A DNA stretch of 64,000 nucleotides, taken from the NCBI GenBank assembly GCA_003344405.1, contig NOWV01000023.1, positions 496,001 to 560,000 on the forward strand, given 5' to 3'. The notes beneath the pieces are model-generated. The model was not told the origin of the DNA and made no database searches. It saw only the letters and a list, made by a program, of their open reading frames with translations. Position numbers and translations under genes: made by a program. Below, piece by piece: positions 14,931 to 28,300 of this stretch. Origin of the DNA: Trichoplax sp. H2. Lineage: Eukaryota. Position 1 is the first letter of the stretch, and each line of letters starts with the position of its first letter.

Positions 14931-15086
14931 TGAGGTGAAAGAGCAATGTTGTATTAGTGCTATCATCAAAGTTTATTAGAATTGAACACTTTATGGTTAA
15001 TTTTTTTATGTGATGGAATAGCAATTCTATATTCTTGCTATCATCATAGTCTTTTTGAATGGAACACTTAATGATCAATTTTTGTA
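14931..15086. repeat. degenerate ~78-bp tandem duplication
   Basis: ...tgctatcatcaaagtttattagaattgaacactttatggttaattttt vs ...tgctatcatcatagtctttttgaatggaacacttaatgatcaattttt. It appears as a 26-aa repeat (KLIIKCSI...DDSKN..LLFH / KLTIKCSI...DDSTN..LLFH) in the minus-strand ORF. Confidence 0.75.
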
Positions 15087-16096
15087 TCACGTATTGCTTA
15101 ATGACATTGCTAACGATATCGTCAAGCGATAGAAGATTTTGGAATGGTTGTGAATTATTAGCAAAGATGTTTTGTGGTAGGAACTTTCTGCGCCGAAATT
15201 CTAATTCCTGACTTAAAAACAATATCAGCAAATAAGGAAAATATAATTTTTCGACGTGAAAAGGGTGATTGCGCAATATGAGCATCAATATCTTAGTCGG
15301 CTACATGCTTAATGGCCTGTAATTAAGAGGAGAAATATCGAGTAAAATTGAAATTCATTTCTATTTATCTATAATTATCGAATTTTTATTTTATTAATAG
15401 CTGTCATGCTTTAATTAATGGTAACATTATTATTTCAAAGTCAGAGCAGGATTTATAAATAAGCATGAAAGTCATTTACATTAGTGCCACCTTACACCAT
15501 TTAAAATGGATTGGTAGTCAGTCCATTAGGACCGAAAAACAATCAATACACAGTATTGATAAAGGGTTAGAGTAGTTAAAATAGTACGGTATTCTACCGA
15601 ATAGTTGAAATTTCCTTGTTGAAAATTACACAGTATCATTATAGCCAATGTTTTGCAACATAGTCTACTTCAAAACCAATAATGAATAATCTTGTTCTAG
15701 CAAAATAATTGGATAGTTGCATCATAATTAATCTCTTCAAATTATAAACCATTACCAAATCAACAATATACCATCCATCTATCATTCGCAAACAAGATTA
15801 TTTGGTCAAAAGTAGTTACATTATGCTTACATTTATCAATACAACAAGAGTAAGTTATGATGAAATATGCTAAAGTACAAATCTAACCAACATCAGCACC
15901 ATAAATGATCGATGGGCTTGTGATGAACAAAGTGATTAGTAAGGATAGTTCTAAACGATTGCGTTTCATTTTTCATTGAAGCAATGTCCAATTTTCAGTA
16001 AAATAGGGCTGTTTTAGTTCAAAATGAGCTAAGTGAAATGAAGACACTGTGTTCACCTTGTCCCCAAGTTTCAGCTACAAAAAAGGTTAATTTTCT

Positions 16097-18759
16097 TTAA
16101 TCTTTATGCTGATCAATATTTTGAATTTTTTCTGGTATGGTAACTAACCATCGATTATCTTGAAGGGCGTTTTTCGATGGCGAATTAGGAGTATAAGTTA
16201 AATACATTGGATTAGCTGTAGGAGTTACTGTTTCATTGCTATTCACATTCTTCTTGCTATCTGGCGAAGTTTCATATTGATTTGTTAAGACAGTAATACT
16301 GCTAGAGGTTCTTGCTCTTTTTTCTCGAGCTCGACGATTCTATAGATAATTATTAAAATTTTATCAGGTCGATTCTATAATTCATATAAACGTATAACAT
16401 GATGACTACCATTTTTAATTACGGCAAAAACTATGGTAAAAGAAATTAATATTCATTTACTTTAAATTAAAATTGACTTTACTAGATTTAACTATGTTTG
16501 CTCTGCACCTGGATCTATTATGACAAGACTAACCTGAAACCAATTTTTAACACGATGTTCCTTTAAATCTAATTTCCTACAAAGATTTTCAATATCGCGA
16601 GGTGACAGGTATTGTTGTTGTTGAAAAACATCTTCCATTAAATTTAACTGATCCTTTGAAAATGGAATGCGTGGACAGCGACTAATTCTTCTCTTCTTTT
16701 GAGTGCAGTCTATATGATTTTAATCAAGGTAGAAAATAAAGAGTTAATAGGAAGAAGAGGCATCGTTAGTAAACAAATCAATTTAGGCTGTTCAGTTTCT
16801 TTGTTACATTAATGGCTAAGTGACAACTAAGCAAAATATTCAGTTAGATTAAAATCTATTGCAGTGTTTATAACCCATTAAATTAGTGATGAGAACTGTA
16901 TTTCTTGATCAATCATTTTATATATTCAATATTCAACTAGAAACTATTTTCTTGGACGGTAAGCGTTGGTGAGCTAGCTTAAATTCCGCCAAAAAATAAT
17001 ACTAATAAGGGTTATCTGATGATATTGTACAGAGATTGCAAATATTTGAAATATGGTATGATTAATTTTAACTTTCAGTTAGCACTATTATTTGGGTACT
17101 TAGGAATTGGAACATATACTGTATCTAAGTAAGTAATTAACTAATAAAAATAACTTGATGTAGCAATAGCATAATCTTTTATGCGTAAATAAATACATGT
17201 GTTGGATAGATTATGCGTTTGATATCATACAGAATGAAGTATACAGTATTGTGTTTATTTCATAATGAAAGTATTTATATCAATGTAATGAAAATATTTC
17301 TCGTTGGAAAGAAATCAAAAGTTAAAGCCGCTTCCATAAGGATATGAGTCATACAGTGATTAGTTATAGACAAAGATGATTAATGGAAGGACTTTGGTAC
17401 GTATCTTTAAGATCAAATAGATTCTTATAAAAGTCCGAACATGCTTTTGCGTTAGCTTTGGATTATTTTATTATATGATAATTTAAGACAATGGGGGGTA
17501 CTGCAAAACATATTCTATCTTATGTGTATAATAGCTTTGACAGACTCTGAATACATTGTTCCATTAAATATGGGGGCAAAGCTAGACGTGTATGATAGCA
17601 TTGAGATCTTGCTTTAGACGTTATGTCTATAGCGACACGCCAATAATTGCTATAGATCCCTATTAATAGTTATGTAATAACATTATTGAGTAACAAAAAC
17701 CTTTTAGAGACCTCAGCAGGATCAAATTATGATCAAGAAGAGCTCAAGTACAAATTTCTTTTATCTGTCAATACAGCAGTTATCTAAAATTGTCGCCGAA
17801 TTGCCAGACAGCTTTAAATATGTAAAGCTATCCACGTACCAATATAGAAATTAAAATAAAAGCTATAATTTTGGTATGCCATACATTTAATAACACCGTA
17901 TATCCCTCTTTTATTCGGTGAATGGATTGATTTTATTGAATGTAGCTGAATGATATCCTATATTGCAGTAGCCTTGAATAATGCACTACTAATCTGATAA
18001 ATTGTTATGGAGCCCTTTGGACTAAATCTTTCGGGACTATTACATTACCACCTTTTCTATGATAGGATTATTCATTTATGATTGCGATAATGTTTGTTTT
18101 CTAGTCAATTAACGTATAGTTTTAGTATGAGCTAACCAAACGATATGATGTGAATGCTTTTACTAAATGTTTAAGTAACGAACTATGTATTAGAGCTTTC
18201 ATTAAATCGATTTTTTACTGCTTTAATATACGTCATATATTCGATTGAAAGGAAATACCGATAATATCATTAAATTATCGTAATGTAACTAAAGAGTTGA
18301 TAGTAATAGAAAAGGTTATCGGTGCCTAGAAGAAAAGAGCCTGGTGTAGTTAAACTTACTTTTTTGTCCGTCTTCATTAGAATTGTCATTTTTAACGGTT
18401 ACTGGAGTAAAATGAGGATTTGTTTGCAACCAGTCTAGTCGTCCAAGACCAAAATAAGGTGCTGGATAAGTATAACGAAAGTCATTGGGGTTATAGCTAT
18501 TACGGTAATAAGCATAATTAGGATCTATAGCCATTGGTGCTACTGTCGAATTGGCAAAACCTAAAATACGATCGACGGAAAATGGCATCGTTGTTGGTGC
18601 TGTAAATTTGTTAGCAATAGGTTCTTTGCTAAAATCGGTTTGAAAATTTTTTTCATCCTTAGGCTTTTCCGTTAAAGTTGGGCAAGATTGGCCAAGGCGA
18701 TGGCATTTGGCATTGGATTTCTTATTATTCTTAACTTTTTCTCGCTTTGCAACTACCAT
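16097..18759 (-). CDS. Msxlx: Msxlx (Msx-like) ANTP/NKL homeobox protein (~272 aa); exons 18759-18360, 16709-16534, 16339-16097
   Basis: Exon 1 has an eh1 motif PFSVDRIL and a GTAAGT donor (phase 1). Homeodomain SRCPRIPFSKDQLNLMEDVFQQQQYLSPRDIENLCRKLDLKEHRVKNWFQ|NRRAREKR. PRIPF, YLSxxD and WFQNRRARE are characteristic of Msxlx. Splice phases are consistent and the stop TAA is at 16099-16097. Confidence 0.85.
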
Positions 18760-19324
18760 TTTTGAGACCTTGAGACAGGACAGAGATTTGAAAACTGATG
18801 TAATTGATTGGTTGGGGACGATATATAGTGTTGCCCTATAGGGGTACTCTTCAAAACTTCAATCAATTATGCAAATACCTCTGATGTTTTATCAATTGTT
18901 AATAAATAAATAATGAACAATAGTCGGAAAGTTATGAACACTACGCTTTAAGTTCTTTCTATATTTTCAATCTTGTTATTTCATCAATAGAATCGCTTTT
19001 AAACAACTGGTGCTATTTAATCCCTTAGTTGACAATTGACTTGTTAATCTATCTTGACAAGGTTGTACAGTACAGATAAATAAAAAAGTTCAATTAAAAA
19101 ATAACCGATTAAGTGAATGATATTGATTGATGAAATAAAAATTAAAAAAATCCTCCTACATCCATGTGGGCCGAAGGAAAGTCTTCACAAGGTTGCTAAG
19201 CCGATTTAATTAGATGCTCGTTAATTACAATCATTACCTTCTTTTCAAGATAACATCAGTCTAGCGTTATTATTTCATCTTGATTCAATTGAATTTATGT
19301 TGATCATCAAAATTGTTTCGTATT

Positions 19325-19343
19325 ATCATCATCATCATCATCA
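19325..19343. repeat. (ATC)n microsatellite
   Basis: atcatcatcatcatcatca read directly. Confidence 0.7.
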
Positions 19344-22300
19344 CATCAATTTGTTTGCAAATAACAATACTAAATGCTAGTATGATGACTATGTTTCAAG
19401 TTGGTTTCAAGCCACATAGTAACGGAAGCGATGTCGAATATGCAAATTTTATACGGTAATTTTAGCCATATTCAGTAGTTAGTCATGATCATCATATTGA
19501 TGATCAATAATTATTATTGTTGTTATTGTTTTTGGCTGGGCTAATCCTTAAAGTCAATAATAATTTCATTACTTTGCACTAACCGACAAAGTGTACAAGG
19601 ATCTCCACTACTATGTCAATATCATTTATTGCTATTGTAGCTTAGTGATCTAGATGTGTAAATACTATTAAACGGATAACGGTTAGAAGTCATAATAGAA
19701 GCTATCAGCTTTAGCGTGATAATGTCATTTTCGTGGCTTTGGATAGAAAATTGACGTATTACAGCCTACAAGTTGAAACGACGATGTCTTGATGAAGTCG
19801 TTAATGAGTAATTTTATTTTGGTCTCAATTTCAGCCGATAGGATAGATGTAAAAGGAATTGAATGATTTTTATTGAACAGTGCATGAAAGACAAGAGCTT
19901 TGAAGAAAATAAAAACCGCTGTGATTAGATCTAGATACGCAACTTTTTATTGCTATAAATTAAATTTTTTTTGTTTAATATTACTTTGTTTCTTGTATTA
20001 GCTGATACCGCTACGTGAGTATAGTAATTTTTTTTATCTAATGAATAGATTACTTAAAAAAATGAGTAGTAGTTGTGAAAAGAGAGAATAAACTTATAGC
20101 GTTCTATGCGATAATCGTATCGCAACGGAAATTGTCGGTGTTGGAATTACTTCTTACTTTTTAATTAAATATCGACAATCTAAAGTTTTCTTTTTCTTTA
20201 CAAGGTGCACTAAAATCCATTCGTCATTCAACAATTGAAATGGACCGATCATATGATCGAAAATTTCCCTGCTAGGACGTATCTTATTGTCGGCTATGAG
20301 GAGCTCATTTTAATTACTGTTATACGTCTATGACATCATCACGGCATTGGAAAATTTTGTATGAAGACAAGGATGATTAAGAAGGAAACTTGATAGATGA
20401 AGGATAAGAAAGTGTGAGTAGAAGACATTGAAAACAAAGATATAATTGTTGATTACTGTGACAAGGATTTATAGTTCTGATAATATAATATATTTGAAGA
20501 GGTTGTTTCCACCCCTTAACTATGGTGCTAACAACTTTATTGCTTTACATAGAATTTGTTAGATAATGCCGCTTCTACTTTTCAAACAGTTGGTTTCAGG
20601 CTACAGAGAGATCTTTCTTTTGCAAACGTCATAGTATGTTTGACTTGTGTCAGGTTTGATCAGTAGCGATCACGATCGTGTATTGCTAGACTAACGATAG
20701 ATATTTACCTGAAAGGAATATATTAATTCGAATATTACAAGTTAGAAACAGTCGTACTGGATTGACTATGTACTTGATATTTCCTGGAAAAGTTAGTCGA
20801 TATTGCAGTACTGTTCACCATTTCTTATCGATGGCCACATAATATCAACTTGTCATCAATATCAGCCTTAATGGCTCGATATGATAGAGCTGAGAGAAAT
20901 AATAATAATACGCCGATCAGCATCAAAGCGTCTAGAATGATGTCTCTATTAAAAAATTTGATTAGAAATTACTGCTATATGATGAAATAAACCAATTTAC
21001 TCACTCCTATCACTCAGTCTGCGGCATCACAGCACGCCATGTCTTTTGAAACATTCTTCTCGCCATAGGTGTAGTTCTATTAAAATAGCAATTAGTATTG
21101 GCTAGTCAATGCTATTTTCCTGACTGCAGGGAGGATTAGCAGTCTCGAGTTATGTTATTTTATCTTTAAACTAAATTGTACACGCCTTAATCAATATTTC
21201 CTTTATTTTGCCACCTAGCATTTACTCATCATATTAACTGATCAGTAACTTATTGTACTCAGCTATTTTTATGTACCCTGTGATACCTTATAATTTATTT
21301 GAAAGGTAGCTTTATTTATCATTGATAACAAGACAGATCAATTAATATGATTTATAGACAGCAATAATAACAATATCGTAATGACGTTAATGTGATGATA
21401 ATAAAATTGAATCAATAGATTTATAAAATCTTAATGTCTTAACGTACTTTATTGATGCTGATTTATAAATTACTTTATATATTGCAAGACGATAGTTTAA
21501 CTAGATAAGGTAAGAAGCTTTTTCTATTATCTACTGAATCTAATGATGAAAAATTGAGTGGCATTGGTATGTAATCTGATAAAGTTTTATTCTCAATATT
21601 CAAAAGTTTGCTTACTATATCCGAATAGGATCATGCTTTAATAAATCATCAAGAATCTAGGCTTTAATAGTTTTTCTTGTCTTGTAACTTGTCCGTGAAA
21701 TTTAAACCAATGGCTTAATCCTAAAACAAAGACTGCTTTTAGATTGAGCAATATGCGGTTACAATTAAATTAAATCTGTTAGTAGTAATAACAAGCTCCT
21801 ATTAATAATGTACGTACAATAGTATATCTTCTTCCTAAAAGTAACTAAATCCATATATCGCAATGAATATTAGCGAAGTAATGCGCTAAATTTGAATTTA
21901 TTATGTGCAGGTAGCAGCTGATAACCGTATATAATTTGTTGTGCGATATAGTGACTATTATTTTAACATAAAATGGATTGAATTAGTGTCGGCGTTAACC
22001 CGAGTTTATGATGAAATAAGAGTGTTAATTGTAGCTAATAAATCATTATCAAAGTCATATCTCTAATTGTAGGGTATGGACATATATTTCGCCTGGATTT
22101 TCTTACAGGATAGTAGTAGCTTTAGGTAGTGCTTTTAGTCAGGCTAATCATCATAACTGTAATTAAATGTAATCTATTAAGACGGCATAAACCTTTATAA
22201 TATTTTAGAAGGCAAATGACTGACTGAGTCATAGACTATATTGTTGAAGGTAAAGACTTGAAAATCCGTACGCATTTCTTAGTTGCAGTTAATCTAAGAG

Positions 22301-25300
22301 GCAGTGAATCTACGCCACGCTCAGGCGAGTAATATGATTGAAGACAACTTGCAGAAAAAACTTTTCCTTTTATCCAGACTATCAACTTAATAATGGAGTA
22401 AAAAATTGTGGATTAATTGATACACTACATTTTAATTTTAACCTATGATGCCTTTCAAATAAAATACTATAGCATGAAAAGGTAACGACAAATATAATAT
22501 CTGCATGCACCCACTAGATAATGCTAGCTGTAGTCTATCACCGGTGTCTTTAAATGCACACTATTGAATTGCATTTTAATGCAATTATTAAATGCTTTGT
22601 TGAACGTTCCTTTATTGAAGCCTCTTACATTCATTCCTGTTAATGGTCTAATGACAAGTGGAGTTGAGACAGACTTTATGAAATTGACTTCGATCGATAC
22701 GGCCATACAGTATACCGGAGACATTGTGTAATTTTCTGCACGTAATATTTCCGGAGCTCAATATTATTGCTATCGTTAATTTAATATTAGTTTAATTTAT
22801 CCCATAACTATTGAATACAGCCGATAGTTAACTTTACGGTACTAATTTAACTTAATGTAAGAGGTCTGACGTATGTGCTATAGTTCAAGTTGGAGCGATG
22901 GCAATGATTTCTAGGTTCTTTTAATATGCATGTTTATTCAAAATCAGAGTGTGAACTAACAGAATCTGGCTTAAAATCATTTCGAAAATATCGAAGTATA
23001 AGGCTGAATATTGAAAATACGACGCTTATTCATTTAGAAATCTCTAGCAGGTGTTGTCTTAGATTTATAATAATTTTCATAAATTCTTGTATCACTAGTA
23101 ATTTGGCATCGCAACGTTAACAATTCTAATCATGGATATGGGATGAAGATGTATGCAGATGGATATTTTAATTAAATTATTCCTGGAACCTTAATATTAC
23201 ATTTGACAAATAATTCTAGACTTTATCTCTTCGTAAGAAATATTATCTGTAATGGAACTATTTGCCTTATGCTATATGGCATATATTGAATTCATTGTTT
23301 TGCATTGTCATGGATTTAGGTTTAATTTTAAGTGTTAGCGATCGAAAGGTTGATCTTGATTTAAATAATAGTGACTTCACGGTAATGCTATATTTCAGAG
23401 AAATGGAAAGAGGATCCATTTCATCAGTTTGACGTTATGCTGTTATTTGCTGTTAGTGAGTTATTTATAGTGTAGATAGAACATTACTTTCTCAGAAATC
23501 TTAATACTGGGCGCTTAGATCAAAAGATCGCTTATGTTAACGATGAGATTGTTTATTTAATCTGGGAAAGGATCCTGTACTTTTGTGAATAACATTATTT
23601 GATTATCATGGGTTTCTTAGCATAGTATTAATGGATGTCATAGCTGACGAATCCTTACGATAATCGATATACTCATCTCTACTAATTTATTGAATTAAGG
23701 TGTATCTATATTTGTGCATTTATGAATGATTCATGCACGGTAGAAATGCATCCTATTATAGCGTGATGTTTTGACTTGGAATTAATCCATACTAATACCA
23801 AACTTTGTCAGGCCATAGTACAGTACTCTAAGCACCGTCCTATGATGATCATTCATATTCTATTCTCATTCAGCAATTTAATATTAAAGATTGCGAGTCA
23901 ATTTCTCTTCGTCAGCGATATGTATCAATAGCTATTACGAGGTAAATTGGCTTGATGCGGGAATCTTACTAATATAAGCCAAAAGAATTTGTTTAAAGAA
24001 GATGAGGCCTTCAGATTTTTATGTACACAGATCGGCTACTATCAATAAGTTAAATGCTTGAGTCAATAATTTAAGTCGGTTTGAGATCAAAAGACTGTTG
24101 ATCTTGTGTCAACTTAACATGTTTGAGCACTTCAATTCTTGATGATTAGCTCTTACGTTGATCAATACTTGTATTCAACTTAGCACTAGATAGACAAGTA
24201 GAAAGGATACCGATAGCATAATAGATGACTGATTAAGTTATTAATTCACTTCAGGATCAAAGAAAATGATTATCTGCTATTGTTTCGTACCGGCACTTCT
24301 TTTATTTTATTAGCAAGTGGTTTTATTGGTTATACGTTAAAAAGCACTAGTTATTACTCTAACTGTATTGATGATATTGTTATTGGAAGAGATAGTCCTT
24401 CGTGTATTGAAACTAGTAGTGAAAGATATTAAATTACAGGTGCTACAATATAAGACTAGTATGCACGAATCAAATGATGATATCAAAATACCAGTCGGAA
24501 ATCTTTATTTTCTGTATACTAGCGGAATCAGTTTAGGATCAAGATCGACAAATAAAATTCATTTAAAAGATTTAGGATTTGAAATTTTATTTCCTGCTGA
24601 AATTAATCGCGATAATTCTCGAATAACTTTCAGTTCCGCCGTTTTAATAAAACAGGAAATGTGCTTTAGTTTTTTCACTTTTCAAGCATTCAAAAACATA
24701 CCAATCATTGGCGTGTAGATTGGTCATCAATAAGAATACTGTAGTGTCTATCGAATAGCGGAAAGGCGCGTTGACTATATTGAACTACAAACCATAAAAG
24801 TAGTCTTAAAAATATAAAAATAAGGTTGTTCTTAGTGTATAATGAAATCTATATTCTCAATAGTAGTCATCTTAGATGATTTTATTAACTATAAATACAG
24901 CTATAGAGCATAACTTTACATCTTATCTTTAAAGGGATGCAACGACAATCCTAGCCGAGATTATCATAAAATCATAAAAAATCACATTGTTTCTACGCTA
25001 GGTACTTCATGAGGTTAGTGAGACTATTCATAAATTAGAATATTAATCTTGCGTGCTTGGTATTATGAAAGATAACCCTTGTAAATCTTAATAAGTTTAA
25101 AAATGCAGTCATTATATGTCACATAGCTTAATCAGATATTTCCTTAGCATTGATCATGCAGGCTACAATCTGCCCGAGAAAGATTAACTTCGAATAATAT
25201 CAGTTGTGTAACATCCAAGTAATTTTTACCGTAAGTACGCATTTCCATACTGTTATTTTTAAAAAGGTTCTTATTAGATTCAAACTTTGCTGCTTTAATT

Positions 25301-28300
25301 AATATAGTCGGGCAAATAACGATCAAATGAAATGTTGGGTGATATCTTTAGGATGTTGTAAGATAACTTGATAACATAACTCTATCTTATGAATATGCTG
25401 TAATAAATTAATTCGCTATATTTATATATGTTGCTGCCTCTTTGGCTTGGTATTCTTGCCTTCGTACTTTTAGTAGCAAGTATGTGTGTAAAAACAGTTG
25501 CTACGATCAGTACTGGTATAATTGATTTTAATAAAGGAGTAGCTAAGGATTAATTAGTATTGATACTTCTGTAGTAGGACTATAGAGCATTAAAAAAACA
25601 AATTAATATGCTTTGAAGTATTTTAGTGCAGATGCTAGTAAGGCTGCAAAAACTTTGTTGATATTTCAGATTATATTTAATTGAACCAGGTTCGGGATAC
25701 GTCCCATATTCCTTTTATCTAGAGTCTTAAAAATGCCAGAATTGATATGCTTTGAAGTGTTTACGTCATTAAAGCTAAAACAGAGGAAACTTTAGTAGCC
25801 TTAATATGGCTGTACTTATTCATGGTTACACTATTCAGTAAATAAGCTCAAATTTCAATGATCATCGTCATTAAATAATAACTGCAATTATGTAAGGTGA
25901 TATCGCGTGCTACAGGATTATCTGCTTGAATCGATTTATTTTAGCAATAAAATTTAAATTAACTGCATTGTAATAGGAGTGTTATTTAATAGTTATTGGC
26001 CTTAAAGCATGCAAAAATAAGTGTGCTAATTTATCATTAAACATTTGGCATAGGAGATATAAATTTTAATTAGCTGTGAAAAACACGTTTTTGAAAGTCA
26101 TGTAATAAACATTTGCTGTAGCAAGCGATCGATAAACTAGTTGATTTGGTTAAAATTTTCCTCTATAAGATAACGAAGAATATATGTAGTGAGGTAGCGA
26201 CTTGATGTATGGTAGTAATTAGATATTCGATTAATAGCATTTCATTAATCGCAAAAGTTGCTTCTATTCCTCCCTGTTCCCTAATGAGGCAAAAGAATAG
26301 CCATGAAAAGGTATTACATTATGAAAATGATTTTTAACATCATGACTAAATTTAACATTATGAACAAAGTATCTACGAGATGCATTTAGTACGGCTTAGT
26401 TCTTTTACCTTGAAATAATAAAAAGTACTTGCTTTCCATATATATTTTTCAAGCTGTATCTTAAGTCGATGACAGGATCGAGCATTTCTCATGCATGGCA
26501 TCTAGTAAAACCCTGTATTGCAATCTTGTGTTGGCTACATGTTTAGCCTAAATTGTCATACTTAGCTATGTGTAATATAGAACTTGGTACATTATTCAAC
26601 TTATTCGTTTAATTCTTTCATTTTTGGTACGTAAAACAAGATGGAGCACGCATACGAGCATTGAAAAAATATGGTACCTTTTTTTATCAAGAAGTAAATT
26701 ACTATAATATGTTAGCCTATCCCTCTCCTGGAAACAAAGTTTATATTAAAGAACATTTATTTATGATGCTTCAATCTATCATTAAGCAGTTGTTCTTTAC
26801 TGATTTAGCTACGTTATATTGTATAACACGGTATAACTAATATGGGTAAGTTCCCACGTTCGTGTTCATTAGTAGTGGCTATAACCACCATAACCTTGGT
26901 TTTTAGCATTTCATGAGATAGTGTTTCGAAAGATATCGTTAATTGAAAGCCAAGAGAGAGGTGAAATTAATATAATATTAATAAAGATTAATATTTCTGC
27001 CGCGATTGAATTCTCTAATAATCATTAAACACTATTTGCAATCCCCTGGTCTAAACCAGTGAAAATCTAAAAAAAGTTAGGGATTTTTTCGTTAACTGAG
27101 CTTGAAACTTTTGTCTTTTATACCGTATATTATGAGGCACACTGAGTACTAGGGTTTATAGCATTTAGTATATTAAAGACAAATAGCTCGATGTGACAGA
27201 TAAAACTAGCAATCGGAAACTGACACTTATTAAAAGTGTAAATTAATTTTTACACTATGACATATTTATGGATGCACGGTAAAGTAATCGAAGAATTTTT
27301 CAGTTATCGTGGAATATTTTACTGCTCTACATTTGTAGATAAATTGAAACATATCAAGAAGATAAAAGAATTTATTTGCAATATTCCGAAGCATGGATTT
27401 AAATTATAGGATGAGTAAATATCCGCTCAATATTAAAAATACTTCTGTAACAAGGACAGTTTAGTTCCAAGAAATTTTATTACTGATAGAAGCAAAAACA
27501 GAGTCAATATCTATCAAATTAACCCGGTTTTGTGCCATCGAATGAATATCTAAAGGTCACGTAGGCTGCAGGTATGGCATTTTATCGTATGTCTTCCAAC
27601 CTTAATAATGGATATCTATTATATAATGGAACACATCCGGATAACGAACGTTTATTATAGATTTAGAGGATTAATCTTTCAGTTCTTTGAAAGAACTAAA
27701 GTGCTAGCCAATAGTTTCAAATGGATTTTTTGAGTTCAGGAAATACACCTGTCTATTTATTGAAAGAATTAAAGTAGTAGGTGAATTCTCATTTTCTGTC
27801 AACGATGTTTTTTGTCTGTTGTAGAGTTATACTTGTTAGTATTAATCAACTTGACATTTTATTTCCTGATTTGAAGTGAAAATTTTCCATAATGACGTAA
27901 CTGATTGAAATAGTTATTGTTAGAATGCCAAATAAAGGAGTAAGTAGATGAAACCAAAATAAGATTAGGGTTAGAGATAAACAGGCTCTCGATGTGAAAA
28001 CTCCTATCCAATAAGTAACAAAGCAGTCAGGAGGTTAGCACAATGAAATTGGTTAACAGCTATTATTATCATTCAATCCTGCTTTCTTATTCCACTCTGC
28101 AAATACATTATAATTTCACATCCATAATTTTAAATTCTCTTGTATATACGTCACAATAAAACTTTCATTTATTTAATTACAATGACGTCGTCCGAAAATT
28201 TTGATATTACGGGAAAGTACAGTAATGTCAATGAAAATGACGGGCATAAAGTATAATTGAGGGCGGTTGTCAACTACTTTAGAACGTTAGTTCATGACCA

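Noticed and set aside
14920..15288. 122-aa minus-strand ORF with an internal 26-aa repeat
   Set aside because: TTG start and no recognisable domain. The repeat is explained by a local DNA duplication.
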